This document shows, in pieces, positions 15,065 to 29,797 of a stretch of DNA of 64,000 nucleotides. Source of the DNA: the human T2T-CHM13v2.0 reference genome, Homo sapiens. The position numbers were made by a program, and so were the translations under genes. The notes under the pieces are model-generated. The model did no database searches and was not told the DNA's origin. It was given only the letters and a program-made list of their open reading frames with translations. Each line of letters opens with the position of its first letter. The stretch's first letter is position 1. The stretch lies in assembly GCF_009914755.1 (NCBI RefSeq), contig NC_060926.1, one strand, 5' to 3'.

Positions 15065-17571
15065 TAGGCCTACCGCAGAGATACTGCAGGTTCATCCCCA
15101 GAGCATCAAAAGAAAGCAAATATTGCTAGAAAGTGACTCATACAAATTATTTGGTTTCCCAGTGCACATAAAAGTTATGTTTTCACAATACTGTGGTCTG
15201 CTAAGTGTGCAGTGGCAGAACGTCTGAAAAAAATACGTACAATACACATATCTTAATTTAAAAATACGTTATTGCTAAACAAATCCTAACAATCATTTGA
15301 CCTTTCAGCAAGTTGTAATCATTTTTGCTGGTGGAGGGTCTTGCTTCAATGTTAATGACTGCTGACTGATCAGGGTGTTGGCTGCTGAAGGTGGAGGTGG
15401 CTGTGGCAATCTCTTAAAATAAGACAATAAAGTTTGCTGCATTGATTGAATCTTCCTTGCAGGAAAGATTTTTTTCTGTAGCATGCAATGCTGTTTGACA
15501 GCATTTTGTCCACAGCAGAACTTCTTTCAAAATTGGAGTCAATCTTCTCAAACCCTGCTGTTGCTTTATCAACTATGTTTATGTAATATTCTAAATCCAT
15601 TTATGTCATTTCAACAATGTTTCTAGCATCTTCACCAGGAATAGATTCCATTTCAAGAAGCCACTTTCTGTGCACATCCATAAGAACCAACTCCTTATTT
15701 GTTCAAGTTTTGTCGTGAGATTGCTGAAATTCAATCACATCCTTGGGCTCCACTCCTAATTCTAGTTCTCTTGTTATCTCCACCACATCTGCAGTTATTT
15801 CCTCCACTGAAGTCTTCAAGCCCTCAAAGTCATCCATGAGGGTTGGAATCATCTTCTTCCAAACTCCTGTTAATGTTTATACTTTGACTTCCTCCCATGA
15901 ATCACGAATGTTTTTAATGGCACCTAGAATGAAGAGTCCTTTCCAGAAGATTTTTGGTTTACTTTGCCCATATCCATAAGAACAATCATTATGTATGGCA
16001 GCTATAGCCTTATGAAATGTACATTTTAAAAATAATAAGACTTGAAAATCAAAATTACTCATTAATTCATGGGCTGCAGGATGGTTAGCAGACATGAAAA
16101 CAACATTAATATCCTTGTACATCTCTATCAGAGTTCTTGGATGACTAGGTACATTGAGCAATAATATTTTAAAGGGTATTTTTTTTTAGCAGTAGGTCTC
16201 AACAGTGGCCTTAAAATAGTCAATAAACCATGCTGTAAACAATGCTGTCATCCAGGCTTTTATTGTTCCATTTATATAGCACAGGCAGAGTCTATACAGC
16301 ATAATTCTTACGGACCCTAGAGCTCTGGAATGGTAAATGAGCATTGGCTTCAACTTAAAATCACCAGTGGCATTAACCCCTAACGACAGAGTCAGACTGT
16401 CTTTTGATCCTTTGAAGCCATGCATTGACATTTTCTCTCTAACTAGGAAATTCCCTGAAAGCATGTACATCCAACAGAGGCTGTTTGTCTACATTTAAAA
16501 TCTATTGTTTAGTGCAGCCACTTCCATCAATTATTTTAAGTAGATCTTCTGGATTACTTGCTGCGGCTTCTGTATCTGCACTTGCTGCTTCACTTTGTAT
16601 TTTTATGTTATGGAGATGGCTTCTTTCCTGAAACCTCATGAACCAACCTCTACTAGCTTCAAACTTTCCTTTTGCAACTCCCTTGCCTCTCCCAGCCTTC
16701 ATAGAATGGAGGAGAGTTAGGACGTTGCTCTAACTTAGGCTTTGGCTTAAACCCTTTTATGCCTGAGTTTGTAATTTTTTTTGAATTTTTGCAATCAGAC
16801 TTTGGTGATGACCTTGAGCAGTAGGATATAAATAATTCCCTCAGGCTTAGCATTCCAATAATGGAACACTAGGCATAAATGTCTAAGGGAATACTGTGGC
16901 TGATTTGATCTTGTATCTAGACTGCTAAAACTTTCTCCCTATCAGCAATAAGGCTGTTTCAATTTCTTATCATTTGCTCATTGGAGTAGCACTTTTAATT
17001 TCCTTCAAGAACTGTTCCTTTGCATTTACAACTTGGCTAACTGTTTGGCTCAAGAGGCCTAGATTGTGGCCTATCTAGGCTTTTGACATGCTTTCCTTGA
17101 TAAGCTTAATCATGTCCAGCTTTTGATTTAAAGTGAGAGATGTGTGACTGTTACTTTCAGTTGAACATTTAGAAACTAAGGTAAAGTTATTAATTGGCCT
17201 AATTTCAACATTTTTGTGTTTCAGGGAATAGGGAAGCTGAAGGAGATGGAGATGAGAACTGCCCATCACTGGAGCAGTCAGAACACACACAACAGTTATT
17301 GATTAAGTTTGCCATCTTATAAGGGCACACTTTGTGGTGCTCCAAAACAATTATAAATGTAACGTCAGAGATCATTGATCATGGATCACTGTAACAGATA
17401 CAACAAAAAAATTGAAATGTTGTGAGAGTTACCAAAATGTGACCCAGTCACAAAGTGAACACATGTTGTTGGAAAAATGGCACCAATAGACTTGGTCAAT
17501 GCAGAATCACCACAAACCTTCAATTTGTAAAGAACAGTATCTGCAAAGTTCAAGAAAATGGCTTATGCCTG
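15065..17571 (-). mobile_element. Tigger1 (TcMar/pogo) near full-length, dead transposase
   Basis: TIR-like ends (TAGGCCTACC / TATGCCTG+TA); minus-strand ORF fragments [41 protein letters not shown] are CENP-B/pogo transposase motifs. Confidence 0.93.
16752..16882 (-). mobile_element. MER85 (non-autonomous piggyBac/PGBD3 element)
   Basis: About 130 bp, TIRs CCCTTTTATGCCT / AGGCATAAATG, internal palindrome ATTCCAATAATGGAAC, inserted at TTAA (TTAA/CTAA) within Tigger1 GGCTTAAGGGAAT. Confidence 0.9.
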
Positions 17572-17876
17572 TACCTATCTCTTAGACAGCCTGGGAGGAG
17601 TAAATGAGATATGGGTAAAGAAGGCCTTAGAACTCTGTCTGGACAGCACAAGCAATGGATGAAAGCTGGCTGTTGCGTTGTTGATGATGCTATGTGAGAA
17701 AAACCACCCTCGAGGCTTCTTATAGCCTTTTGTTTATAATGTTTTCTGACTAACAGAAGTTCTACATTTGAATATTGTTTAATTTATTGGTCTTTTCTTT
17801 CGGCATGTGAACTTCTAAGTCCTGTTAAATTTCCTACTAAGACGTCATTAAGGTATTTTCCTAACTGTTTTTTTCT

Positions 17877-18117
17877 TTTTTTTTTTTTTTTTTGAAAAAT
17901 ATAAAACATTTAATTATGCAAAAATAGGTGATACATATAATAAAACTATAGCCAAAGAATTTGGGAAGGATTTGTGGGTGAGAGGGAACTTCAGCTGGGC
18001 CTTGAAACTGAGAGGATTTAGCTAGGCGAAGAGGTAGAGAGAAGTCATTCCAGACCTGAGTGAGGATGGCATTAGGTATGGGATCAGACAGGTGGACAAC
18101 GAGGTGCCTGACTTCTC
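17877..18117 (-). mobile_element. Orphan polyadenylated retro-insertion (5'-truncated retrocopy or orphan 3' transduction)
   Basis: 17-nt poly(A), ATTAAA about 17 nt upstream of it, perfect 19-bp TSD TTCCTAACTGTTTTTTTCT (17858-17876 / 18118-18136). Confidence 0.85.
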
Positions 18118-19039
18118 TTCCTAACTGTTTTTTTCTAACAGGTTTCATATTGCCTTTCACATTTAAGTTTCATCGGAAATTCGTTTCATGTAGGATGTGG
18201 CAAAGGAATCCAGTTTCTTTCCTTTTCAATAGATAACCTGTTGTTTCAGCATCACTTATTGAATTTGAATATTTCTCTCCTCTGAAAGGTGAGTTTGTCC
18301 CTTGTCATATATCAAATCTTAAGATATAAGATATAAATGTGTCTGTTTCTGGGTTCTCTATCCTGACCCATTGGGCTATTTATGGATCACTGCCAATACC
18401 ACTTTACAACTTGCTATTTTACTTTGTGTGTTTGTTTGTGTATTATACCAGAAAATAAACCTTAATAGTTAGTTTACTCATCTTTTTTTTTATTCAATAG
18501 GGTCTTCACTAGTTTCAGTTGTTTTAAATATTTAGCATCTTTAAGTACTATTTTATATAATATTCTCTTATTACAATATTATTTAGTATTGTAATAAAAT
18601 GTATTTTATATGTTCTGGAATTCTCTCTCAAATTCTATGAGATTTTGATACAAATTGTGTTCAATTAATGCTTGAAGTTTATTTTCTTTTAAATCTTTAA
18701 GCAACTGCACCTCCGCTTAAGTCACCTTTACTCTTTTGTTTTTAGTCTTTTGATTAAATTTTATTATTTTCTCCACAGAGATTATAATTATATTTTGTAG
18801 TATATTTTCTTAGGAACAAAATAAATATTATTATTGTAAATAATATTAACATCAAATTATATTTCAAATGCTTTCTTACTCATAAACAGAAATGCAATTA
18901 AGTTTTGATTATGCATCTCATGTCCAGCAACATTGTTACATCTTTTATTATGTTAACTCCCTTATGGAGTTTCTGAGATGTTCTATGTGGACTATTACTA
19001 AATAAGTTTCTTTCCAGCCCTTATGTATTATTCATTTAT

Positions 19040-19356
19040 TTATTTATTATCATTATTATTATTATTATTTTGAGATGGAGTTTTGCTCTTGTTGCCCAGA
19101 GACTGGGGTCCAATGGTGCGATTTCAGCTCACTGCAACCTTTGTCTCCCAGGTTCAAGCGATTCTCCTGCCTCAGCCTCCTGAGTAGCTGAGATTACAGG
19201 CGCATGCCTCCACACCCGGCTCATTTTTGTATTTTTAGTAGAGACGGGGTTTCACCATGTTGGCCAGGCTGGTCTCAAACTCCTGACCTTAGGTGATCCA
19301 CCCACCTCGGCCTCCCAAAGTTCTGGGATTACAGGCATAAGCCACTGCGCCTGGCC
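19040..19356 (-). mobile_element. AluSq/Sp-like SINE with (TTA)n tail
   Basis: TTTTGCTCTTGTTGCCC and CAATGG diagnostics. Confidence 0.92.
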
Positions 19357-20986
19357 TATTTATTTATTTTTATTGCCTTTTTATCTTTATTTTTCTGAGT
19401 ACAACTTTTAGTACACTATTAACCATGGGGACAGTAAGCATTTTTATTACACCTAATATTTAAAAATGTTTCTTATGTATTTGTTATGTATTTTTAAAAT
19501 TATTTACCATGAAAATAATTCTTACTCTACATATGTTGAAATTACTTCTTATCAAGATAACAATTTTTATTCATAAAAGGATTTAATTTTTAATTGATTA
19601 CATTTCTCTGTGCATTCAGAAAATTAATTTTTCTCTTTAATATATCCACACATTCATATAATCAATAGATTTTCTAATATTAAACTAAACAAATTCCTGG
19701 AATAAGCATATTTTGTTATATTATGATTTTCCTGCATGGTCTGAATTTCATATAACTTTTTTTAGGACTTTTTTGCATTCTCATTCTCTCCTTATCAAGG
19801 TTTTCACTTTTACTAGCACAAAGCTATTCATAATGTCCTCTTAATACATTGTTTTTCCAAAAATCTCTTTAGCATATGTAGTTCTGTTACCATTTTCACT
19901 TTAATATTCTTTGGTTTTTGTCCCCTCTCCCTCTTTTCTTATTTTCCCTATATATATTTTTAATTAATTTTAATAGCCCTATCAAAGAACCAACTTTTGG
20001 TTGAAGTTACGCTCTGTATTATAATTTTGCTTTTTGTCTTAATTATGTCTGCTCTTTATTTTTATTTTTACTTATGCTATGTGGTGATTTTTTTTTCTTT
20101 ATCTAACTTCTTAAGATGAATGCTAAGTTGACTCAAAAGTTACTTAGAAATACATATATTTTAATTTCCAAGTGATTGAATTCATTTTATTCAATGATTT
20201 ATTTTTTGAATAGTTTTTGTTTAATTTTATGACTGTTTAATTGTCAATAGGAATTTTAAGTCTTTCATCTATGGATATGACATAGTTCTCCATTTATGTA
20301 TATATTCTTTGATCTTTTAGCAATATTTTGTCATTTTTCTGTATACAAGTCTTGCACGTTTTTATTTTATTTCTAAAATATTTTGTATATTTTTGTTGAG
20401 ATTTTTTTTACAAAACAATCATTTTGTCTGTGAAGCAATATAATGTATTTTTCAATTTTTTCAATTTGTATACATTTTATTTCTTATTCTTGACTTACTA
20501 CATTGGCTCAGATTTCCAATAAAATATTGAATGGGATTAGTGAGAATGAACAACCATACCTTGTTCTGAATTTTAGCATGGCATTAGCTGTAAGTTTTTA
20601 ATAGGTTTCCTTTATTGATTCTACTTCTAATTTCCTGAGTTTTATCATGGATGCATATTGACTTTCTTCAAATGCTTTTTCTGAATCTATTGAAATGACC
20701 ATAGATTTTTTTTCTTTAGTCTCTTACTATGGTGAATTACAAATGATTAATTTTTGAATGTTGAACCACTATTGCATTTCTGGGAAGAAAACACTTGGTG
20801 AGGATGCATTAGCCCTTTCTTATAATGCTAGATCTTATTTGTTGAAGTTTTAAGAAATTTTTCATCTGTGTTAATGAGGAATGTTGGTCATTTTAATGAT
20901 GTATTTATGTATTTGTCTAGTTTTTATATCAGTCACTGCTGTCTCCTGTAGTAAAATCAGAAGTTATTTCTTTTCTTTTTAATTAC

Positions 20987-21272
20987 TTTTTTTTTTTTTA
21001 ATGGAGTCTCCTCCTGTCATCCAGGCTGGAGTACGGTGGCGCAATCTCAGCTCACTGCAACCTCTGCCTCTGGGGTCAAGCGATTTTCCTGCCTCCTGAG
21101 TAGCTGGGACTGCAGGCATGCACCACCACACCTGGCTAATTTTTGCATTTTTAGTAGAGAAGGTGTTTCTCCATGTTGGCCAGGCTGGTCTCAAACCCCT
21201 GACCTCAGGTGATCCGCCCACCTCGGCCTCCCAAAGTGCTGAGATTACAGACGTGAGCCACTGCACCTGGGC
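20987..21272 (-). mobile_element. AluSx-like SINE
   Basis: Reverse-complement dimeric Alu, CCTGACCTCAGGTGATCC. Confidence 0.92.
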
Positions 21273-21691
21273 TTTTTTCTTTTTTTTTCTTTTTTAACGG
21301 TAGTTTGTGTAGAACTGGTATCATTTTTCTATAAATGTTCAGTAGAATTTACCAGTGAAGCCATCTAGGAGTAGGGTTTTTCTTTGTGGGAAGGTTTTAA
21401 CTACAAAGTAAATTGCTTTAATAGATATAGAGCTATTCATTTATCTATTCTGATTGAGTTAACTTTCATTTTGCTGAGAATTTATATATTTAATCTAAAT
21501 AGACAAAATTATTGATAGAAATTTGTTCACTGTAGTCCCTCTTTATCTATTTAATGCCTATAAGAGCTGCAGTTGTCACTCTTCTTTCATTCTTGATATA
21601 GGTATATATGAATTGTTTATATTTTCCCATATCAGTTTGATTAAAGTTTTAGCAGTTCTATTGTTGTTTCAAAGAACCAGGTTCTGGTATC

Positions 21692-22194
21692 TGTGGTAGG
21701 CTGAATTATAGCCTCTCCAAGATATTCACATCCTAATCCCCGGAATTTGTGAATATGTTATTTTACTTTACATGGCAAAGAGGAATTTGCTGATGTGATC
21801 AAGTTAAGGAATTGAGATGACAGGATTATCCTGAGTTATTTGGGCAGGTTCAATATAACCACAGGGTCCTTATAAGAAAGAGGCAGAAGGGTAAGAATCA
21901 AGGAAGGAGATGGGATGAAAGAAGCAGAGATTAGAGAGTAGAGAAGATGCTATGCTACTAGGTTTGAATGTAGAAATTAGGAGTCATTGGCCAAGGAATG
22001 TAGGCCACTACAAGAAGATGGAAAAGGCCGTGATTCTCCCTTAGAGCCTCAAGAAAGAATGCAGCTCTGTTAACACCTCAGTTTTCAGACTAGAAGGAAT
22101 TCAGAGCTCCAAAATTGTAAGATAATAAATTTCTGTTGCTTTAAACTACTAAGGTTGTGGTAATTTGTTACAGCAGTAATAGGAAATTAATACA
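21692..22194 (+). mobile_element. MLT1D-like MaLR solo LTR
   Basis: TGTGGTAGGCTGAAT start, AATAAA, GGTAATTTGTTACAGCAGTAATAGGAAATTAATACA end. Confidence 0.88.
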
Positions 22195-22263
22195 ATAGAT
22201 TTATTTTTTCTATATTTTTGCTTGTTTTCTAGTTCATTGACTTCTATTATTTAAAATTTTTCC

Positions 22264-22552
22264 CTCATGCCTGTAATCCCAGCACTTTGGGAGGCCGAGG
22301 CTAGTGGTCAGGAGTTCGAGAACAGCCTGGCTAACATGGTGAAACCTCATCTCTACTAATAATATTTTAAAAATTAGCTGGGCATGGCGGTGGGTGCCTG
22401 TAATTCCAGCTACTCAGGAGGCTGAGGCAGGAGAATCACCTGAACCCAGGAGGTGGAGGTTGCAGTGAGCCAAGATTCTGCCACTGCACTCCAGCCTGGG
22501 CGACTAGAGTGAAACTCAGTCTCAAAATAAATAAATAAATTAATTAATTAAT
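22264..22552 (+). mobile_element. AluS, slightly 5'-truncated
   Basis: Alu body, (TAAA)/(TTAA) tail, TSD AAAATTTTTCC. Confidence 0.92.
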
Positions 22553-23029
22553 TAAAATTTTTCCTTCTTATGTTTAGTATAAGTTTAATTTTCTCTCTTT
22601 TTTCTATTTTTTTCTTTTAGAATAGAAGCAGTGAGTTCCATAATTTTCTGTCAGCACTACATGACTCACATCTCATAAATTTTGATATGTTAGTTTCATT
22701 TTTATTCAATTCAAAACAATTTCTAACTTTTCATTCTTTCATTCAAGGGTCATTTAGAATTGTGATTTTTAATTTCCAAATAAATTTTTCAGTTGTCCTA
22801 GTGGGGTTTCTATTTTAATTTTATTGTTTAAGAGAAGGTATATTACATGATTTTAACATTTTTACATATATTAAAACTGTAACCACCCAATGAGCTCTCC
22901 TTGCCCACTGTCCACATAGAGCCGATTTATCAAGACAGGGGAATTGCAATAGAGAAAGAGTTTAATTCATGCAAAGCTGGCTGAACAGGAAACCAGAGTT
23001 TTATTATTAAAATCAGCCTGGAGTTTCTT

Positions 23030-24872
<1,843 letters not shown>

Positions 24873-25016
24873 TGATTGGTTGGGTCAGAGATTAAATCAC
24901 AGGAGATCAAATAGGGTTCATCTCACTGTCTTTTGTTCCTGGGTGGGATCGCAGAGCTGGCTGAGCCAGATTACTGGTCTGGGTAGTGCCAGCTGGTACA
25001 TCAGAATACAGGGTCT

Positions 25017-25763
25017 AACAGTCCCAGGAGCCCCAAGTTATCTTGGGAGGTCAAGAGGAGAGGAATTTACCAAACTCATAGGTATTTGAGGGTACAAACC
25101 CATGGCTGGACTCAGCTTTAAAAAAGTCTTATCTGAGATTTCTTATGGAAAAGAGTTTCATCAAAGCAAATTTTAAAAGCCTATGTAAGAAATAATTATT
25201 CTTCTTGTACTTCATGCAGACAATCAGGCCAAGTATAATAAGACTAAAGTTTATTTTGCAAACAAATTGATCCTATCATGATTTGTTTTTAATAAAAATG
25301 GTGACTGGAGAGAGAAAAATTATGCTTAAAAAAAAAATCTATCGTACACCTGTTGTTAGCTGTCCTTGGATTTTTTGTGCAGTTTGGACTAAATCCTAAA
25401 TTCTTTGTGGGCTACAAGTCCCCAAACTAATGCTTTCAAATCTTTACTTTTAAAACTGGGAATTGCACTCCTTACCCTAGTACTCATTATTTACCTTATA
25501 GTACACTGTTCCCTTAAATACGGTACTATAACTTTAGATGATAATACTAACGCTTTTGCCATGCAAGCCTTGGAGCCCCAGCCAGGCCTGCATGAGTACG
25601 TTGACAGTTGCAAAACGGTTCCATTCCTCTCATCTTAGGATCAACACCTACCCCCACTATACCCTTGATCGGCAGGAAAAAGTTAGAGCTGTCTTTGCCC
25701 TTTCTCCATCTTCATTAGCCGACACCTTAAGTTTAAGGTGTTACAAAACCCAAAGGGAGGAAT
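25017..25763 (+). mobile_element. ERV1 (MER4-group / HUERS-P1-like) internal 3' segment ending in a polypurine tract
   Basis: MER4-group internal-like sequence; PPT AAAGGGAGGAA (25752-25762) immediately before TGAAACC of the LTR. Confidence 0.8.
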
Positions 25764-25988
25764 TGAAACCACCATTGCAAAATTGTAACTGAGACAGTCA
25801 AAGAGATCTGACCTAACCAACTCCATCTTACTTCTAACCTCCTCTTCCTGAACGCAGGCTGAACTAACTTTGGGAGGAATTTAGTTTACCGTTTAAAACA
25901 AAGATGAAAACAGCCCTTTCCTGAAACAAACTCCCTTCTTGCCTGGGTACTAGACTGTCTTTGTAGGACTCAAAAATTACCCACAAGA

Positions 25989-26287
<299 letters not shown>

Positions 26288-26625
26288 CTTAGCCACAAGA
26301 TTAGAAATTACGGTTTAGGAGTCATGCAGCTGGAGGATACAAGGCTCTGACCTTCCCCAAATTGCTCCTGGGCATAAAATCACTATTGCAAAACTTCAGA
26401 CCAGTGCTTGAGATATTTTGCAGACCCTGCATTTAATGGATCAGCTGGCACCACCCAGATCAATAAACTGGTTCATCTGATCTTGTGGCCCCCACCCAGG
26501 AATTGACTCAGAGCAAGAAGACAACTTCGACTCCCTGTGGTTTCAACTCTGACCTGACTAATCAGCACTCCTAGCTCACTGACCTCCGTCCACCCACCAA
26601 GTTGTCCTTAAAAACTTTGATATCC

Positions 26626-27466
<841 letters not shown>

Positions 27467-28131
27467 AAAAACTCTGATTTCCAAATGTTTGGGGAGACTG
27501 ACTTGAGTAATAATATAGCTATGGTCTCCCACAAAACAAACAAACAAACAAAAACAAGGGTCTGAAAAATATCTTGAACATCAATTTTAGGTTTTAAAAT
27601 AGTGATGTTATCCCTAGGAGCAATCGGGCAAGGAGATTAGGAATCTTGTGGCCTCTGGCTGAATGACTCCTAAACCATAATTTCTAATCTTGTGGCAAAT
27701 TTGTTAGTTTTAAAAGGCAGTCTCTTCCACAGGCAAGAGAGAGGTTCGTTTTGGGAAAGGGCTGTTATCATCTTTGTTTGAAAGTTAAACTTTGTTTGTT
27801 TGAAACAAACAAAGTTTGTTGAAAGTTATCTTTGTTGAAAGTTAAACTGTATATTAAATTCCTTCCAATGTTAGTTCAGCCCATGCCCAGGAAAGAAAAA
27901 GGGCAGCTTAAAGGTTTAGAAACAAGATGGAGTTGGTTAGGTCGCATCTCTTTCACTGTCATACTTTTCTTACTGTTACAACTTTTGCAAAGGCAGTTTC
28001 AAAACTCATTTTTTTATTGTCTCAGAATATAGGTTATCTTGATGATTGTTCCATATGCACGTTTAAAAATGAATATTTTTCAATGTTTTATTTTACGGTA
28101 AAGTGTTCCATAGATTTTACTTAGCTGAAGT

Positions 28132-28844
28132 TGAAACCACCTTTGCAAAAATTATGACAATGAAAGAGATCTGACCTAACATACCCCATCTTGCCTTTAC
28201 GCTCCAAGCTGCCCTTGGGCACTTCTGGGCATACACCAGCTAAGTATAGAAGGAATTTAGTTCAAAGTTTAACTTTGAAACAAAGATGATAACAGCCCTT
28301 TCCCAAAACAAAGCTCCTCTTTGCCTGGGGACCAGACAGCCTTTGTAAAACTAACAAATTAGCTACAAGATTAGAAATTATGACTCAGGAGTCATGCAGC
28401 CAGAGACCACAAGACTCCTAACCTCCTCCATTGCTCCTCTGGATAGCATCACTATTGTAAAACCTAACATTGGTGTTCAAGATATTTTTCAGACCCTGCA
28501 TGCTCATGTACCAGTTTATGCCACCCAAACTGGTAATCTGGTTTAACTATTTCTGCTCTCCCACCCAGGAACAGAAAATAGCAAGAAGAACCCACGTCAA
28601 CACCCTGTGATTTTTATCCCCAACCTGACCAATCTGTGTTTCCCACTCTCTAGCCTCCAGCCTGACAAATTATCCTTGAAAAACCTTAGTTTCTGAATTT
28701 TTAGGGAGACTGATTTGAGTAATAATACTTGGACGGTTTAGCCAGCTCTGCACGTATTACACTATTTCTCTATTCCAATTCCCCTATCTCAGTAAATTGG
28801 CTCTATCTGGGCAGCAGACAAGAAGAATCTGTTAGGCATTTACA
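28132..28844 (+). mobile_element. LTR8A/LTR8B-like solo LTR
   Basis: TGAAACCACCTTTGCAAAAATTATGAC...GGCATTTACA, 4-bp TSD AAGT (28128-28131 / 28845-28848). Confidence 0.9.
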
Positions 28845-29056
28845 AAGTGAATTGAAGGGGATGTTTATGTATTTTATAAATTTACTGACTTTTTGTCTAT
28901 TTTTGTATCGATTATTGATAAATGATTGTTGAAACCTCCAATTATAATTGTGGTTGTTTCTATACGTTCTTAAGTTTATCAGATTTGTTTAATGTACTTT
29001 GAAGTTATGATATTATGTGTGTGTATACATGTATGTATATATTTTCAGATTCTTTT

Positions 29057-29113
29057 ATCCACTCGATGTTGGATGATCCACTTGATGATGGATGATCCAC
29101 TTGATGGATGATG
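29057..29113. repeat. 3 x 19-bp tandem repeat (ATCCACTYGATGWTGGATG)
   Basis: Direct; third copy degenerate. Confidence 0.8.
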
Positions 29114-29496
29114 GTTTTATCTGCTTGATCAACTTTGTTTACTATAAAATTTTCTTCTATATTCATGCTAACATGCCTTATTCTAAAATCTACCTTGTCT
29201 GATATTAATATACTGATTCCAGTTTTCCTTTGTATTTGCATAATATATTTTTTACCCTTTAACAATTAATGTATCTGTGTCCCAATATTTAAAGTGGTTT
29301 TCTTCCAGCCAATAGAAAATTGGATCTTGATTTTTTTAAATCCAGTTTTATATTCCCTGTCTTTCAATGGGTGTGTTAGGGCATTTGCATAAAATTTTAT
29401 TATTCATATAGATAGGTTTATATCTATTATGATTTTGTGGTTTTTTTCTTCCCTATATGTTAAATTAGTATTTATAATTATTTCACTGAGCTCTTA

Positions 29497-29797
29497 AAGA
29501 TTCCAAATTCCTTGGATGCTCAACTTACTGTTATAAAATGGCTAGTGCAGTATTTACATATAACATATGCACACCCTCCTGTATACATTGAATCATTTCT
29601 AGATTATTTATAACACCTAAGGCAATGTAAATGCTATGTAAATAGTTGTTATCCTTAATCATGTAAGATATAATGACAACATTTAAAAGTCTATACATGT
29701 TCATGTTCGGTACAGATGCAATTCTTTTTCAAATATTTTTGATCCATGGTTGATTGAATTCACAAATGCAGAACCCATGAATACAAAGAGCTGACTG
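29497..29797. mobile_element. MER2 (Tigger-family MITE), truncated
   Basis: GGATGCTCAA..TATAAAATGG..CAATGTAAATGCTATGTAAATAGTTGTTAT..GAGCTGACTG+TA. Confidence 0.85.

Larger units (their letters stand above)
17740..22877 (-). mobile_element. Old L1M fragments (host sequence, interrupted by younger elements)
   Basis: Antisense L1 ORF2-like T-rich sequence (e.g. CAAATGCTTTTTCTGAATCTATTGAAATGACCATA; AGAATTTACCAGTGAAGCCATCT). Confidence 0.75.

Noticed and set aside
16752-16882. snRNA pseudogene (size and Sm-like AATTTTTG)
   Set aside because: TIRs, TTAA target and internal palindrome identify MER85.
25405-25638. Hydrophobic 77-aa ORF as an env transmembrane remnant
   Set aside because: The position before the PPT fits, but there is no ISD or CX6CC motif and no ATG start; unsupported.
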